From contig PFKE01000065.1 in the NCBI GenBank assembly GCA_002784145.1, positions 2,935 through 66,934 of the forward strand: 64,000 nt of DNA, read 5' to 3'. Made by a program: the position numbers and the translations under genes. The notes beneath the pieces were generated by a model. The model was not told where the DNA came from, did no database searches, and saw only the letters and a program-made list of their open reading frames with translations. Positions 1-9,889 of this stretch are shown here, piece after piece. Positions within the stretch are counted from its first letter, which is position 1. Every line of letters starts with the position of its first letter. The DNA is from Flavobacteriaceae bacterium CG_4_10_14_3_um_filter_33_47. GTDB lineage: Bacteria > Bacteroidota > Bacteroidia > Flavobacteriales > Flavobacteriaceae.

Positions 1-285
1 ATATAGGAACACTTTACCAGTAATGTTTTTTGGATCAAAATTTTCAGGAAACTTAAAAACTAATCCTTCACTTGTTTTTTCATATGTAATATCTTCTTCA
101 AGGGTTTTAGCATTGTTTTGTTTATTAATATCATCTTGATATCCAAGTTCTTGTTTGTAATAATCTTCAGTTACTAAATCATGATTGTATTTATCATTAA
201 AATTCATAGAAATAACAAAATACATAATGAAGCTTATGAAGCCAATAAAAGCTAATACAATTCCTGTTCCCCAATTTATTTTCAT
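1..285 (-). CDS. ccoH: FixH/CcoH family cbb3 oxidase assembly protein (3' end runs off the window)
   Basis: Not in the ORF track; translated by hand from ATG at 285: MKINWGTGIVLAFIGFISFIMYFV...DLVTEDYYKQELGYQDDI. The YY..EL.YQ motif and the position right after ccoG fit FixH. Confidence 0.85.
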   Translation of the reverse strand, partial: MKINWGTGIVLAFIGFISFIMYFVISMNFNDKYNHDLVTEDYYKQELGYQDDINKQNNAKTLEEDITYEKTSEGLVFKFPENFDPKNITGKVFLY

Positions 286-292
286 AATATTT

Positions 293-1717
293 TTAGTTAT
301 AACTTCTAGGTCCTAAAAAATTAACGGTTGTTGTTTCAATCAGTTTGTCATGACTGTAAACTTCAATCATTAGTTTGTTTTTATCACCTTTTAATTCTGA
401 TTTATTGATTTCTATAAATAAAGTCCCTTCAGCAATACCTTGCGCAGGCACTGTAAAATTATCTTTTGTTGAAACAAGTTTAATAGTTCCTTTATACTGT
501 CTTAATTTAAAAGCAACATCATCAATTTCTTGAGAAGTTTTATTGACTAATTTATAAGTAAATACATTACTAATTATGTTATTTTCTTTGTGTTCAAATA
601 ATTGTCCTGGTAATCTTAAAACTCTGGCTTCAACATCGTTTCTTAAAAATAACATGCCAGTTAAAACGCCTATTAATATGATTAAAACTGCAATATAACC
701 CTTCATTCTGGCAGTAAGTTTAAAAGGTTCTTTATTTTCTATTTCAGCTTCACTGGCATATCTAATAAGGCCTTTTTCAAGTCCTACTTTTTCCATAATT
801 GAATCACATTCGTCAATGCAAGCAGTACAGTTTACACATTCTAATTGAGTACCATTTCTAATATCAATACCAGTTGGGCAAACATGAACACATTGAGCAC
901 AATCGATACAGTCACCATAACCTAAAGCCTCGCGATCTTCTCCATTACGCCATTTTTTTCTTCCATTTTCAGCTTCGCCACGTTTGTGGTCATAAGCAAC
1001 AACTATGGATTTTTTATCTAGCAGAACTCCTTGTAATCTGCCATAAGGGCAAGCAATAATACAGACTTGTTCTCTAAACCAAGCAAAGACAAAATAAAAT
1101 ACAGCGGTAAATATTCCTAATGGAAATAGTGTTGATAAGTGTTCTGAAGGGCCTTCTGCAACATATTGAATAACGCTGTCACTTCCAATTAAATAGGCTA
1201 GAAAAATATTAGCTATCAAAAATGAAATGACTAAAAAAATCAACCATTTTAAAAGGCGTTTTCTAATTTTTTCAGCATTCCAAGGTTGTTTGTCAAGTTT
1301 TATTTGTTTCCCTCTGTCTCCCTCAATCCAGAATTCAATACGCCTAAATACCATTTCTAAAAAGATGGTTTGAGGACAAATCCAACCACAGAAAATACGA
1401 CCAAAGGCCACGGTAAAAAAGGTTATAAAAATAACCCCAATAATCATTGAGATTACAAACAAATGAAAATCTTGAGGCCAAAAAGGAAAACCAAAGATAT
1501 TAAATCGACGTTCTAATATGTTGAAGAGTAAAAACTGATTTCCATTAATTTTTATAAAAGGGGCAGCAAATAAAAAAGCCAGTAAACCATAGCTTACTAC
1601 TTTTCTGTACTCATATAATTTACCATTTGGTTTTTTTGGATAAATCCAAGAACGTTTACCTTCTTTGTTTATGGTGGCAATTGAATCTCTAAATTTTTCG
1701 TTATCTGGGGTTTCCAT
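293..1717 (-). CDS. ccoG: cytochrome c oxidase accessory protein CcoG (4Fe-4S membrane protein)
   Basis: GRIFCGWICPQ, CIIACPYGRLQ, CIDCAQCVHVCP and CVNCTACIDEC motifs. The ORF track starts at TTG 1738; ATG 1717 (METPDNEKFRD) is more likely. Confidence 0.95.
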   Translation of the reverse strand: METPDNEKFRDSIATINKEGKRSWIYPKKPNGKLYEYRKVVSYGLLAFLFAAPFIKINGNQFLLFNILERRFNIFGFPFWPQDFHLFVISMIIGVIFITFFTVAFGRIFCGWICPQTIFLEMVFRRIEFWIEGDRGKQIKLDKQPWNAEKIRKRLLKWLIFLVISFLIANIFLAYLIGSDSVIQYVAEGPSEHLSTLFPLGIFTAVFYFVFAWFREQVCIIACPYGRLQGVLLDKKSIVVAYDHKRGEAENGRKKWRNGEDREALGYGDCIDCAQCVHVCPTGIDIRNGTQLECVNCTACIDECDSIMEKVGLEKGLIRYASEAEIENKEPFKLTARMKGYIAVLIILIGVLTGMLFLRNDVEARVLRLPGQLFEHKENNIISNVFTYKLVNKTSQEIDDVAFKLRQYKGTIKLVSTKDNFTVPAQGIAEGTLFIEINKSELKGDKNKLMIEVYSHDKLIETTTVNFLGPRSYN

Positions 1718-1791
1718 TTTTTTTAGATAAAGAACCAAGAATATAGAACAATGAAATTTCGTTTATATTCCTGGTTCGTAATTTAATAGTA

Positions 1792-2730
1792 TTAATTAGT
1801 TGCAGTAGATAATGAATCTACTTCTGTAGTAGTTGTTTCTAAAGGTGTTTCAACGGTTTCATCAACCCAAACATCTCCTTCTGGAGCTTTAGGGTTAGCA
1901 GGAGTTGTGCCCTGTAATGATAATACGTAACTTGCTACTTGAGCAATCTCTGAAGGTTTAAAATTTTGTTTCCAAGAAATCATTCCTTTTCCATCACGAC
2001 CACCTTCTGTAATAGTATTAAATACATTTTTAATACCACCACCTAAAATCCAATGATTATCTGTTAAGTTTGGACCAATACCACCACCACCATCGGTCAT
2101 ATGGCAAGGTACACAGTTCTGCATAAAGATGGCTTTACCACTATTTAAATCTGCAACATCGGTGAGTAAGGTTACCGTATTAATATCTACCAGGTCTTTA
2201 GCATTCTTTTTATATTCTGCAATGCTAATCTCTGCTTGTTTATATTCTTCAGCATATTCATCAAACTGACTATTGTTACCTAAAATATGGAAATTTACTA
2301 AGTAAACTGCTGCAAAGATAATGGATGCATAAAAAGAGTATATCCACCAAGGAGGAAGCGAATTGTCTAATTCTTTAATACCATCATAATTATGGTCCAA
2401 AATAAGCTCATGCTCTTCTTCAATGGGTTTAGTACCGGCAAGTTTTTTATAGATATTTTGAATCCATGAAAATTGAGGAACTTTACTTTTTGAAGCTAAA
2501 AAGCGTTCTTTTCCTTCTTCTGTTAAACTTTGAAACATAACGTTTTCTAACGCGCCAACAATAGCCTCAATGGCAATAAGTATTAATAATACTAAAACTA
2601 AAAAAAGCATAATTATTGGGTATTTCATAAATGCTGGTTGATCACCAGAATCTACAAAATATTCTACAAGTCCGAAAATTATAAAGAATACTATAGGTAC
2701 TCTGATGTAAGATGGAATAAGGTTTCTCAT
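1792..2730 (-). CDS. ccoP: cbb3-type cytochrome c oxidase subunit III
   Basis: DHNYDGIKELDNSLPPWW N-terminal motif; a single CVPCH heme site; GPNLTD. Confidence 0.95.
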   Translation of the reverse strand: MRNLIPSYIRVPIVFFIIFGLVEYFVDSGDQPAFMKYPIIMLFLVLVLLILIAIEAIVGALENVMFQSLTEEGKERFLASKSKVPQFSWIQNIYKKLAGTKPIEEEHELILDHNYDGIKELDNSLPPWWIYSFYASIIFAAVYLVNFHILGNNSQFDEYAEEYKQAEISIAEYKKNAKDLVDINTVTLLTDVADLNSGKAIFMQNCVPCHMTDGGGGIGPNLTDNHWILGGGIKNVFNTITEGGRDGKGMISWKQNFKPSEIAQVASYVLSLQGTTPANPKAPEGDVWVDETVETPLETTTTEVDSLSTATN

Positions 2731-2921
2731 AACAAAATATCGTTTTGGTTGTTATTGTTTTCTAAAGGAATATTACTTACCTGGTTTATATATTCTTTTT
2801 TAGCGGTAAAAACCCACCAAAAAAGAATAACAAAAAAGGTGAAAAAAATGAGTAAAGATATGATTGGATAAATTTCAACTCCTGAAATGGTTTCCATGTA
2901 ATTTTTAACAAATTTCAACAT
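2727..2921 (-). CDS. ccoQ: cbb3-type oxidase subunit CcoQ/FixQ
   Basis: 64 aa with one TM helix; lies between ccoO and ccoP and overlaps the ccoP start by 4 nt. Confidence 0.85.
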   Translation of the reverse strand: MLKFVKNYMETISGVEIYPIISLLIFFTFFVILFWWVFTAKKEYINQVSNIPLENNNNQNDILL

Positions 2922-2942
2922 GTTTTCTTTGTATTGAATTAA

Positions 2943-5126
2943 TTATTCTTGACTATCTTTTACTTTAATATCTGTGCCTAATCGCTGTAAATAGGCAATT
3001 ATTGCTACTATTTCACGATTTTTCATTTCAATAAAAAGTGTTCCGCTTTCTGCGGCATTATTTTTATCGGCCTCATAGCTGGCAACAAAGTCAGGATCGC
3101 TATACAAATTCTGTTCAATTTGTGTTCCCTGCTCAAGCATTAGCTGCTGCGCATTGGCAATTTCTTCATCAGTATAAGGAACACCAAGAGTGACCATAAC
3201 TTTCATTTTGGCTTCTGTTTGAGATTTGTCTAACTCATTTTTAACAAGCCATTTGTAGTTAGGCATAATGGAACCACTAGAGGTACTTCTTGGGTCATAC
3301 ATATGGTTAAGATGCCAATTGTCAGAGTATTTTCCACCAACTCTATGTAAATCTGGCCCTGTGCGTTTACTTCCCCAAAGGAATGGATGGTCATACACAT
3401 ATTCTCCAGCTTTTGAGTATTCTCCGTAACGTTCAACTTCACTTCTAAAAGGTCTAATCATTTGTGAGTGACAACCTACACAACCTTCACGTATGTATAA
3501 ATCTCGTCCTTCAAGTTCAAGAGGTGTATATGGTTTTACACTTGCTATAGTTGGGATATTAGATTTTACTAATATGGTTGGAATAATTTGAACCATACCA
3601 CCAATAAGAATTGCTATCGTTGCAAAAATTGTTAATTTAACAGGTTTGCGTTCTAACCAGGAATGCCATCCTTCTCCTGCTAATCTATGTTTAGAAACAC
3701 GCTCTAAAGCCGGTGCTTCTGCTAATTCATCAGTTACCGTGCTTCCTGATTTAATGGTTGCAATAATATTGTAAACTAAAATTAGCATACCTGTTATGTA
3801 TAAGGTACCTCCTATAGCACGCATCCAATACATAGGAATAATCTCTGATACCGTTTCAAGGAAATTACCATAAACTAACGTGCCATCAGGATTAAATTGT
3901 TTCCACATACTGGCTTGAGTAAATCCAGCAACGTACATAGGTAATGCATACATAACGATCCCTAAGGTGCCAATCCAGAAATGTAAATTAGCTAAACCTG
4001 TAGAGAATAATTTTGTTTTAAATAATCTTGGTACTAACCAATAAATCATACCAAAGGTTAAGAATCCATTCCATGCTAATGCACCAACGTGCACGTGAGC
4101 TATAATCCAATCAGTAAAATGAGCTATGGCATTTACATTTTTTAAAGATAATGTTGGTCCTTCAAAGGTTGCCATACCATAACCGGTAACTGCCACCACT
4201 AAAAATTTTAAAACAGGGTCTACTCTTACTTTATCCCAAGCACCACGAAGCGTTAATAAACCGTTTATCATTCCTCCCCAAGAAGGCATTAATAACATAA
4301 TTGAAAATGTTACACCTAAGTTTTGTGCCCACTCTGGTAAGGCCGTATACAATAAGTGATGAGGTCCTGCCCATATATAGATAAATATTAATGACCAGAA
4401 GTGAACAATTGATAATCTATAAGAATAAATAGGTCTGTTGGAAGCTTTAGGAACAAAATAATACATTAATCCTAAGAAAGGTGTTGTTAAAAAGAAAGCT
4501 ACCGCATTATGACCATACCACCATTGCACTAAAGCATCTTGTACACCTGCATAAACAGAATAACTTTTTAATGCACTAACTGGTAATTCTAAACTATTAA
4601 AAATATGTAGTACTGCAACAGTGACGAAAGTTGCTATATAAAACCAAATAGCAACGTATAAGTGTCGTTGTCTTCTTTTTAAAATGGTACCAATAAGGTT
4701 CCAGCCAAAGACTACCCAAATTACAGCAATGGCAATATCAAAAGGCCACTCTAATTCAGCATATTCTTTTGATGTGGTGAACCCAAAGGGTAGGGTTAAT
4801 GCAGCACCAACAATAATTAGCTGCCAACCCCAAAAGTTGATTTTACTTAAAACATCACTAAACATTCTTGCTTTGAGTAAACGTTGTGATGAGTAGTAAA
4901 CACCAGCAAAAATGGCATTACCTACAAAAGCAAAAATAACAGCATTGGTATGTAAAGGTCTTAAACGACCAAAACTTAACCATGATATGCCATCAGTTAA
5001 ATTTGGGAATAAAAACAAAAAGGCCAATAGCAGACCCACAGTCATACCTACAACGCCCCAAAGCATGGTGGCATAAATAAAATTTTTAACGATTTTATTA
5101 TCGTAATGAAATTGTTGTACTTCCAT
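2943..5126 (-). CDS. ccoN: fused cbb3-type cytochrome c oxidase subunits I/II (CcoN-CcoO)
   Basis: [20 protein letters not shown] and AHVHVG heme-copper ligand motifs, then a CcoO domain with CVGCHSQ and [10 protein letters not shown]. Confidence 0.97.
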   Translation of the reverse strand: MEVQQFHYDNKIVKNFIYATMLWGVVGMTVGLLLAFLFLFPNLTDGISWLSFGRLRPLHTNAVIFAFVGNAIFAGVYYSSQRLLKARMFSDVLSKINFWGWQLIIVGAALTLPFGFTTSKEYAELEWPFDIAIAVIWVVFGWNLIGTILKRRQRHLYVAIWFYIATFVTVAVLHIFNSLELPVSALKSYSVYAGVQDALVQWWYGHNAVAFFLTTPFLGLMYYFVPKASNRPIYSYRLSIVHFWSLIFIYIWAGPHHLLYTALPEWAQNLGVTFSIMLLMPSWGGMINGLLTLRGAWDKVRVDPVLKFLVVAVTGYGMATFEGPTLSLKNVNAIAHFTDWIIAHVHVGALAWNGFLTFGMIYWLVPRLFKTKLFSTGLANLHFWIGTLGIVMYALPMYVAGFTQASMWKQFNPDGTLVYGNFLETVSEIIPMYWMRAIGGTLYITGMLILVYNIIATIKSGSTVTDELAEAPALERVSKHRLAGEGWHSWLERKPVKLTIFATIAILIGGMVQIIPTILVKSNIPTIASVKPYTPLELEGRDLYIREGCVGCHSQMIRPFRSEVERYGEYSKAGEYVYDHPFLWGSKRTGPDLHRVGGKYSDNWHLNHMYDPRSTSSGSIMPNYKWLVKNELDKSQTEAKMKVMVTLGVPYTDEEIANAQQLMLEQGTQIEQNLYSDPDFVASYEADKNNAAESGTLFIEMKNREIVAIIAYLQRLGTDIKVKDSQE

Positions 5127-5137
5127 AGTTTTAATAG

Positions 5138-5323
5138 TTAATCTTTTTTGGTTAGAATTGATTTATTAGATTTTTCTTTGACAAGTTCGTCTTCAAAAAG
5201 CATACGAACAGAAGGCGTATAACTGTCATCATATTGCCCACTTCTTACAGCAATAATAAAGGCTATAAAGAAAATAACGGCAACAACAATACTTGCAGTA
5301 AGCATAATATAAATGACACTCAT
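5138..5323 (-). CDS. ccoS: cbb3 oxidase assembly protein CcoS
   Basis: N-terminal TM helix followed by the SGQYDD motif; 61 aa. Confidence 0.92.
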   Translation of the reverse strand: MSVIYIMLTASIVVAVIFFIAFIIAVRSGQYDDSYTPSVRMLFEDELVKEKSNKSILTKKD

Positions 5324-5373
5324 ACAGAAATTAAATAAAGGGTTAAAAATACTTTCATGGTTTATTAAATAAA

Positions 5374-5387
5374 ATGATATATATCAT
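5374..5387. promoter_or_regulatory. Fnr/Crp-type box upstream of ccoS-ccoNOQP
   Basis: Perfect palindrome ATGATATATATCAT; 22 nt from a minus-strand -7-like element TATTTTTA (5344-5351). Confidence 0.75.
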
Positions 5388-5391
5388 ATTT

Positions 5392-7767
5392 TTATTTCAA
5401 TTTTCTCGCAGCAAAATTGGTTGCTAATGTAGTAAATCCTACGACACTAATAGAGCTTAAAGGCATTAATATTGCTGCAAAAACAGGAGATAATTGGCCG
5501 GTTATTGCAAAATAAAGACCAATAATGTTGTATGTAAATGAGAGTAAAAAACTCCATTTAATAATTTTTATAGCTGTTTTAGAAATTTTTATATAATGGT
5601 AAAGTTGGTTAAATTTTGAGGCATCCAGAATGGCATCGCAAGCAGGCGAAAACACGTTGACATTTTCTGAAATGGCAATACCTACATTGCTTTGTGCCAG
5701 AGCGCCAGCATCGTTTAATCCATCACCTATCATTAATACATTAGCGCCTTCACTTTGATGGTATTTAATATATTCTAATTTGTCTTCCGGTTTTTGGTTG
5801 AATAACAATTTTGTTTTTGCTGGTAGTAATTTGGTTAAGTTTTCTTTTTCACCTGCATTATCTCCAGATAGAATTACTAAATCATAATGTTTTTTTAACT
5901 TATTAAAAAGCTGGGATAAGCCTTTTCTATAAGCATTATAAAAAGTAAATTTCCCTTTATATTTATTATTTGTACTGATATGAACAGCTGTATTTAAGGT
6001 AGTAGTATCCGTTGGAAAACCTACAAAAGGAGCTGAACCAATTTTTATTTGAGTTTCTTTATATTGGCCTTCAATACCTTCTCCCAAATATTCATTATAA
6101 GTGTCTAAAGAAACAATATCGTGTGTGTTTAAAAGATTGTATAACGCTCTACTTAAAGGATGATTTGAACCTCTTAAAGTACTTTTTAGAAGTGATTCTT
6201 CATGGAGTGAAAGTTCAGTGCCTTCATAGTTTATACTCATATTTTTGTTGGCAGTAATTGTGCCAGTTTTATCAAAAATAATGGTATCTATTTTAGATAG
6301 TTGCTCAATGACGCTGGCGTTTTTTAAGTAAAATTTTTTATTGCCCAAAATTCGTAAAATGTTTCCGAAAGTAAATGGGGCAGATAAGGCCAGAGCACAT
6401 GGGCAAGCAATAATTAATACGGCAGTAAAAACATTTAACGCTTTGCTAGAATCAACAAAAATCCAATAAGCAGAAGCCATAAAGGCTATAAGCAAAATAA
6501 TAAGCGTAAAGTATTTACTTATTTTATTTGTAATGGATTTATAAGCGTCTTCTTTATCTGTTTTAAAGACATCGTTGCTCCAAAGTTGGGTTAAATAGCT
6601 TTGCTCAACTGATTTTAAAACATCAACTTCAATACTTCCTTGTAATTGTTTTCCACCAGCAAAGAGTTTATCGCCAGAGTTTTTAGTAACCGTTTTAGAT
6701 TCTCCGGTTACAAAACTATAATCTATTCGGGCACTCCCTTTTATTAAAATACTGTCAACCGGAATTAATTCTTCGTTTCGTATTAATAATCGGTCTCCTT
6801 TTTCAATGTCATAAACTTGAATGGATTCTTCTTTTCCATCGGGTAAAATCTTGGTGATTCCAATAGGGAAATACGATTTGTAATCCCGTTCAAAAGATAA
6901 AAAGGAATAAGTTTTTTGTTGAAAAAATTTTCCGAGTAGCAAAAAGAAAATAAGACCTGTTAAACTATCGAAAAAACCAGCACCTACATCGTAAATAATT
7001 TCAAAAGTACTTCGTGAAAAAAGCACCAAAACACCAAGTGCTATGGGTACATCTATATTTAATATTTTGGATCTTAATCCTTTATATGCCGAAATAAAAT
7101 ATTCTTGTGCAGAGTAAAAAACTACAGGAACAGAATAAGAAAACATAAGCCACCTAAAGAGAGGTTTATATTGTTCTAACCAAAACTCATTGACTTCAAA
7201 ATATTCTGGAAATGATAAAAACATAACGTTTCCAAAAGCAAAACCTGCAAAACCTAGTTTATATATGATAGAACGGTCTATGGCTCTTTTAGAAGCACTG
7301 TAGTCGTCTAAACTTATAAAAGGCTCATAACCAATGCTGTTTAGTAAAACCACTAAATCTTTTAACGAGAGAATTTCAGAGTTAAAGGTTATTCTAACAT
7401 TCTTTTTTCCAAAGTTTACAATAGAAGAACTTACCGCAGCATGAATTTTATTTAAATTTTCTAAAACCCAAATGCACGAACTGCAATGGATGTGAGGAAT
7501 GTATAAAGTGATTATGTTTGTTTTTCCATCATTAAACTCCAACAATTTTTCAATAATTTTTTCATTCTCTAAAAAATTATATTTGCCTTCTATTTCCTTT
7601 GGAGTAGAACCTGGAGCTTGTTGTAAATCGTAATAACAGGTTAAATCATTTGCAGAAAAAATCTCGTAAACGGTCTTACAACCATTGCAACAAAATAATT
7701 TGTTATCAAAAATTATTTCAGAATCTTTGGTGTCTAATCCACAGTGGAAACATGTATGATGCTCCAT
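5392..7767 (-). CDS. ccoI: CcoI-type Cu-transporting P1B ATPase
   Basis: N-terminal CFHCG...CCNGC, HMA-like HCSSC, TM ACPC motif, DKTGT phosphorylation site, GDGLND; located in the cco cluster. Confidence 0.92.
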   Translation of the reverse strand: MEHHTCFHCGLDTKDSEIIFDNKLFCCNGCKTVYEIFSANDLTCYYDLQQAPGSTPKEIEGKYNFLENEKIIEKLLEFNDGKTNIITLYIPHIHCSSCIWVLENLNKIHAAVSSSIVNFGKKNVRITFNSEILSLKDLVVLLNSIGYEPFISLDDYSASKRAIDRSIIYKLGFAGFAFGNVMFLSFPEYFEVNEFWLEQYKPLFRWLMFSYSVPVVFYSAQEYFISAYKGLRSKILNIDVPIALGVLVLFSRSTFEIIYDVGAGFFDSLTGLIFFLLLGKFFQQKTYSFLSFERDYKSYFPIGITKILPDGKEESIQVYDIEKGDRLLIRNEELIPVDSILIKGSARIDYSFVTGESKTVTKNSGDKLFAGGKQLQGSIEVDVLKSVEQSYLTQLWSNDVFKTDKEDAYKSITNKISKYFTLIILLIAFMASAYWIFVDSSKALNVFTAVLIIACPCALALSAPFTFGNILRILGNKKFYLKNASVIEQLSKIDTIIFDKTGTITANKNMSINYEGTELSLHEESLLKSTLRGSNHPLSRALYNLLNTHDIVSLDTYNEYLGEGIEGQYKETQIKIGSAPFVGFPTDTTTLNTAVHISTNNKYKGKFTFYNAYRKGLSQLFNKLKKHYDLVILSGDNAGEKENLTKLLPAKTKLLFNQKPEDKLEYIKYHQSEGANVLMIGDGLNDAGALAQSNVGIAISENVNVFSPACDAILDASKFNQLYHYIKISKTAIKIIKWSFLLSFTYNIIGLYFAITGQLSPVFAAILMPLSSISVVGFTTLATNFAARKLK

Positions 7768-7825
7768 AAAGTTATTTGCTCATTTTATATACCTAACTGC
7801 AAAGATTTTAAATATACAAAAAATG

Positions 7826-7847
7826 AAATATGATATATGTCATATTT
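7826..7847. promoter_or_regulatory. Fnr/Crp-type box between divergent ccoI and fnr-like gene
   Basis: aaatATGATATATGTCATattt near-palindrome (core 7830-7843); 22 nt from minus-strand AATCTTTG (7800-7807). Confidence 0.75.
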
Positions 7848-7913
7848 TTAAAATATGATATTTGACAGCTTTTATGTAATTTTACATTTCTTTTAAATTT
7901 ACTAACAATTACT

Positions 7914-8591
7914 ATGGGTAGGTGTGAACAATGCATCATAAAAGAATTTAATTCACTTAAAACTTTAACCAATGATGAATTGGTTAGAATTTCTAATTGT
8001 AAGACCTCAAGGTTGGTAAAAAAGGGGGAAATGATTTTTGAAGAAGGTGATATGTTGAAGGGTATTTATTGTGTAAGAGAAGGTATTTGCAAGCTTACCA
8101 AGCTAAGTTCCAATGGTAAAGATCAAATTATAAAATTAGTTGTAAAAGGAGAGTTGTTAGGACAGCGTTCTTTAATAAGTGATGAATGTGTGAATTTGAG
8201 TGCAGTTGCATTAAATGATATGGAATTGTGTTTTATTCCCAAACACGAAATTCTTAACGATCTTCAAAAAAATACAAATTTCACGATTGATATATTGAAA
8301 GAAATGGCTCATGGTTTAAAAGAAGCCGATGATGTTATTGTAAATATGGCTCAAAAATCAGTGAGACAACGTTTAGCAGAAACCTTAATTTATATTAATG
8401 ACAATTTTGGAGCCAAATCAGATGGAACCTTAAGTGTTTTATTATCCAGAGAAGATTTTGCAAATATTATTGGTACGGCTACAGAATCAACCATTAGAGT
8501 ATTATCTCAATTTAAAAAAGAAGACCTTATCACCACCATAGGAAAACAAATTAAAATTATTGATATAGAAGGTTTAAAACGTGTTGAATAA
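7914..8591 (+). CDS. Crp/Fnr family transcriptional regulator with N-terminal Cys cluster
   Basis: N-terminal CEQC, cNMP-binding fold, HTH SREDFANIIGTATESTIR; divergent from the cco cluster. Confidence 0.92.
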   Translation: MGRCEQCIIKEFNSLKTLTNDELVRISNCKTSRLVKKGEMIFEEGDMLKGIYCVREGICKLTKLSSNGKDQIIKLVVKGELLGQRSLISDECVNLSAVALNDMELCFIPKHEILNDLQKNTNFTIDILKEMAHGLKEADDVIVNMAQKSVRQRLAETLIYINDNFGAKSDGTLSVLLSREDFANIIGTATESTIRVLSQFKKEDLITTIGKQIKIIDIEGLKRVE

Positions 8592-8680
8592 TTCATGATT
8601 CAATTTACTTTTCATGGTATAAGCAAATCTAATCACTCCTCATCAGTTTTTTGTTTAAAAAGTATTATTTTTATAGTGCT

Positions 8681-9811
8681 ATGACAAAAAATACATTTAG
8701 AAAAAAGGGCTTCGTTTTTAAACCTTATGAAGCACCATATCAATCACCCTTTGACAAACTCTTTGATATTTTTAAAGAATTAATTACACATACTTCGGGC
8801 GATTTTGATGAAGCTATAGATTGGTTAAAAGAATTAGACAAAGAATATAAATTAACCACTTCAGAGTACACCATAGGCGATTTTATTGAAGACCTAAAAA
8901 AGAAGGGCTACATACGTGAAGAGATCGATCCAGATGGAAATTCTGGTGGCATATCTATAACATCAAAAACAGAGCGAGCCATTAGGCAACAAGCCTTAGA
9001 TCAAATTTTTGGAAACATCAAACGCAGTGGCCAGGGAAATCATAAAAGTAAAAGCCCAGGAATTGGTGATGAGCATACTGGAGATTTTAGAGATTACCAA
9101 TTTGGTGATGCTTTAGATAAGGTGTCAATGACCGAAAGCCTAAAGAATGCTCAAATCAATCATGGAATAGGTAATTTCTCCATTTCAGAAGATGATTTAG
9201 TGGTTGAAGAAACGCTTCATAAATCACAAATGAGCACTGTTTTAATGATTGATATCAGCCATAGCATGATTCTTTATGGAGAAGACCGCATAACACCAGC
9301 AAAGAAAGTGGCTATGGCATTGGCAGAATTAATAACCACTCGCTATCCTAAAGATACCTTGGATATTTTAGTCTTTGGAAATGATGCATGGCAAATAGAA
9401 ATAAAAGACTTACCCTATTTAAAAGTTGGACCCTACCATACCAATACGGTTGATGGTTTGCAGTTGGCTATGGATTTACTCAGAAGAAAAAGAAATACTA
9501 ACAAACAAATCTTTATGATTACAGATGGAAAACCTAGTTGTTTGCGGTTGCCAGACGGGCAATACTACAAAAACAGTAATGGCTTAGACAGGCATATCGT
9601 CAATAAATGTTATGCCATGGCTCAACAAGCTAGGCGATTGCATATACCAATTACAACGTTTATGATTGCACAAGACCCATATTTAATGCAATTTGTTAGA
9701 GAGTTTACAGAGGCTAACCAAGGCAAAGCATTTTATACTGGTTTAAAAGGCTTAGGTGAAATGATTTTTGAAGATTATGAAACCAACCGGAAAAAAAGAA
9801 TTAAAGGATAA
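8681..9811 (+). CDS. von Willebrand factor A domain protein
   Basis: MIDAS-like DISHSM motif, T..NT, ITDG. ATG 8681 is preferred over the track start at 8651. Confidence 0.85.
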   Translation: MTKNTFRKKGFVFKPYEAPYQSPFDKLFDIFKELITHTSGDFDEAIDWLKELDKEYKLTTSEYTIGDFIEDLKKKGYIREEIDPDGNSGGISITSKTERAIRQQALDQIFGNIKRSGQGNHKSKSPGIGDEHTGDFRDYQFGDALDKVSMTESLKNAQINHGIGNFSISEDDLVVEETLHKSQMSTVLMIDISHSMILYGEDRITPAKKVAMALAELITTRYPKDTLDILVFGNDAWQIEIKDLPYLKVGPYHTNTVDGLQLAMDLLRRKRNTNKQIFMITDGKPSCLRLPDGQYYKNSNGLDRHIVNKCYAMAQQARRLHIPITTFMIAQDPYLMQFVREFTEANQGKAFYTGLKGLGEMIFEDYETNRKKRIKG

Positions 9812-9815
9812 TTAA

Positions 9816-9886
9816 TTAGCTGTTAGCTAAGTCTTTAGCATGAATATAATTCAGCTAAAAGCCAAAATCAAACAGCCAAAAGCTAT
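9816..9886. repeat. intergenic degenerate heptamer repeat element (GCYAAAA type), two inverted arms
   Basis: Left arm ttagctg-ttagcta-agtcttt-agc; right arm agctaaa-agccaaa-atcaaac-agccaaa-agctatg. Confidence 0.7.
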
Positions 9887-9889
9887 GAA

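Noticed and set aside
7855-7868. ATGATATTTGACAG half-match next to the ccoI box
   Set aside because: The right half-site is degenerate and there is no -7 element at matching spacing; could be autoregulatory but is not supportable.
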